Below the pieces are notes generated by a model that saw nothing but the letters and a program-made list of their open reading frames with translations, had not been told where the DNA came from and ran no database searches. From assembly GCF_018350175.1 (NCBI RefSeq), contig NC_058368.1, forward strand, positions 100,504,001 to 100,568,000: 64,000 nt of DNA, given 5' to 3'. The first letter of the stretch is position 1, and each line of letters starts with the position of its first letter. Shown piece after piece: positions 62,681 to 64,000 of the stretch. The stretch comes from Felis catus (Eukaryota). A program made the position numbers and the translations under genes.

Positions 62681-64000
62681 CTGTCTCATCTTTTGGCTGT
62701 GAGGGAAGGGTAAGTTCTGATCTACTGGAATTATGAAGTCTGGGTTCAAGGGTCATCTTCTAAAGCCAGGACTTGAGTAGGACTGGGTAAGGATTATTAT
62801 ATAATAGTGTGAGATTCCTAGAAACAGCAAGCATTTTGAAGCACAAGCTTACGGAGTCTTGAGATTGTGGGCTGCCTGTTGATGCTTTCAGTTAAAGACT
62901 TGATGGATCTTTCAGGAAATTCCTGTAATAAACAATCCATTTATTTACTTGGGCAAGAGACTCTTGAAATAGTATTTCTGCTCTTGACAGCAGGGGGATC
63001 ATAAAGTTGTATTACTATAGATACTAGGCTTTGTGGTGTGGTCCTCACACTACAAGAGATCGAGATAGATGAAAAAGGATGCGTTTTCTGGCAACGCTGG
63101 GGACAGAACTGCTCTTGAACCATTCCAACTACAAAATTCTATAAAATAAGTTAACCAAGGACAATTCATATAGGTGCCTCTGATAAATGGCGAGATCCTC
63201 GGAGCAAGAACCGTATCTGTCGGCCATTTCTATCCCAACATCGTAAGTGATCTAGCATACAGAACAGCTTCCTAAAATCTCAAAGAGTAATAGTAATAGG
63301 ACATTCTTGCGGTGGTGATTAAGCAAACATTCATCTCACGATACTATGTATTTTGCCAATAAAAATGAGCACCACCTTAAATATCTTCAATTTGTTGCTT
63401 TGTACCATCTGTGCTCATGGGAAGCCATTTTATCATTGAATAAATAATGATCCTTTGCAGTTTGACCATTTACCCAATCTCTAAAAGGATATGGGAGTAG
63501 TTGGAATGTCCTTGCAAGGTACCAGCCGTAAAGACTAAAATAAACTTGGCAGCTAAGTTAAGTATCCAGTAGCCGATGCTGCCTGATAACACAGTGTATT
63601 TATAATAAGAGTTTCCCATAATTAAAGAAAAACTAACTGTAAAGGAGTAGAAAGAACAAATATTTCATTCCTGCTGCCTTTGGATCGATCAAAAAGAATA
63701 TTGCAAGAGTCAAGACTTGGCTATTTAATTTCAAATAGAAATCACTCAATATTGTAAGGCACAAGGAAAAAAAATAGTTGCGCTCGATAGGGCATATACT
63801 TCCGAAATCCTTGGTATCTTTTTTAAACTAAAAAGAGTGCTCTAGTTTACCTGCCTCTAACCAGTGTCTATGGGGAAAGAAAGTGGAATCACCCCCCAGG
63901 CCACTTGTCAATGAAAAACATTGGCTTGTTTTGGAATCAGAAAAAATTGCCTTTGCTGAAAATAATGAATATTACTTCAGAGAGATTTTTTTTTAAGATC

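Noticed and set aside
1..64000. tRNA genes, CRISPR arrays or prokaryote-like operons
   Set aside because: A/B boxes belong to SINE heads; no regularly spaced repeat-spacer array or long intact ORFs were seen.

Overview
Mammalian genomic DNA, almost certainly from a felid: it carries about 30 tRNA-derived Can-SINEs of the cat SINEC_Fc type and two carnivore-type L1 3' fragments. The window looks intronic or intergenic. I cannot identify a host protein-coding gene; the recognisable ORFs are SINE read-throughs or L1 ORF2 fragments. Older repeats include L1M, MaLR/ERVL solo LTRs, MER5/MER20/MER3/Tigger1 DNA-transposon fossils, MIR and L2. Three features stand out. (1) A 353-bp direct duplication with no differences that I could find (39918-40270 and 40641-40993), around a 370-bp partly CpG-rich spacer. 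(2) A CpG-island-like promoter candidate at about 30.3-31.4 kb with TATA/GC/CCAAT boxes, a G4 motif and a perfect cUUCGg hairpin. (3) A repeat-free, motif-dense enhancer candidate at about 52.2-52.7 kb. Repeat family names are from recognition, not database searches, and boundaries are approximate unless fixed by target-site duplications (TSDs). I found no convincing novel multi-gene system.
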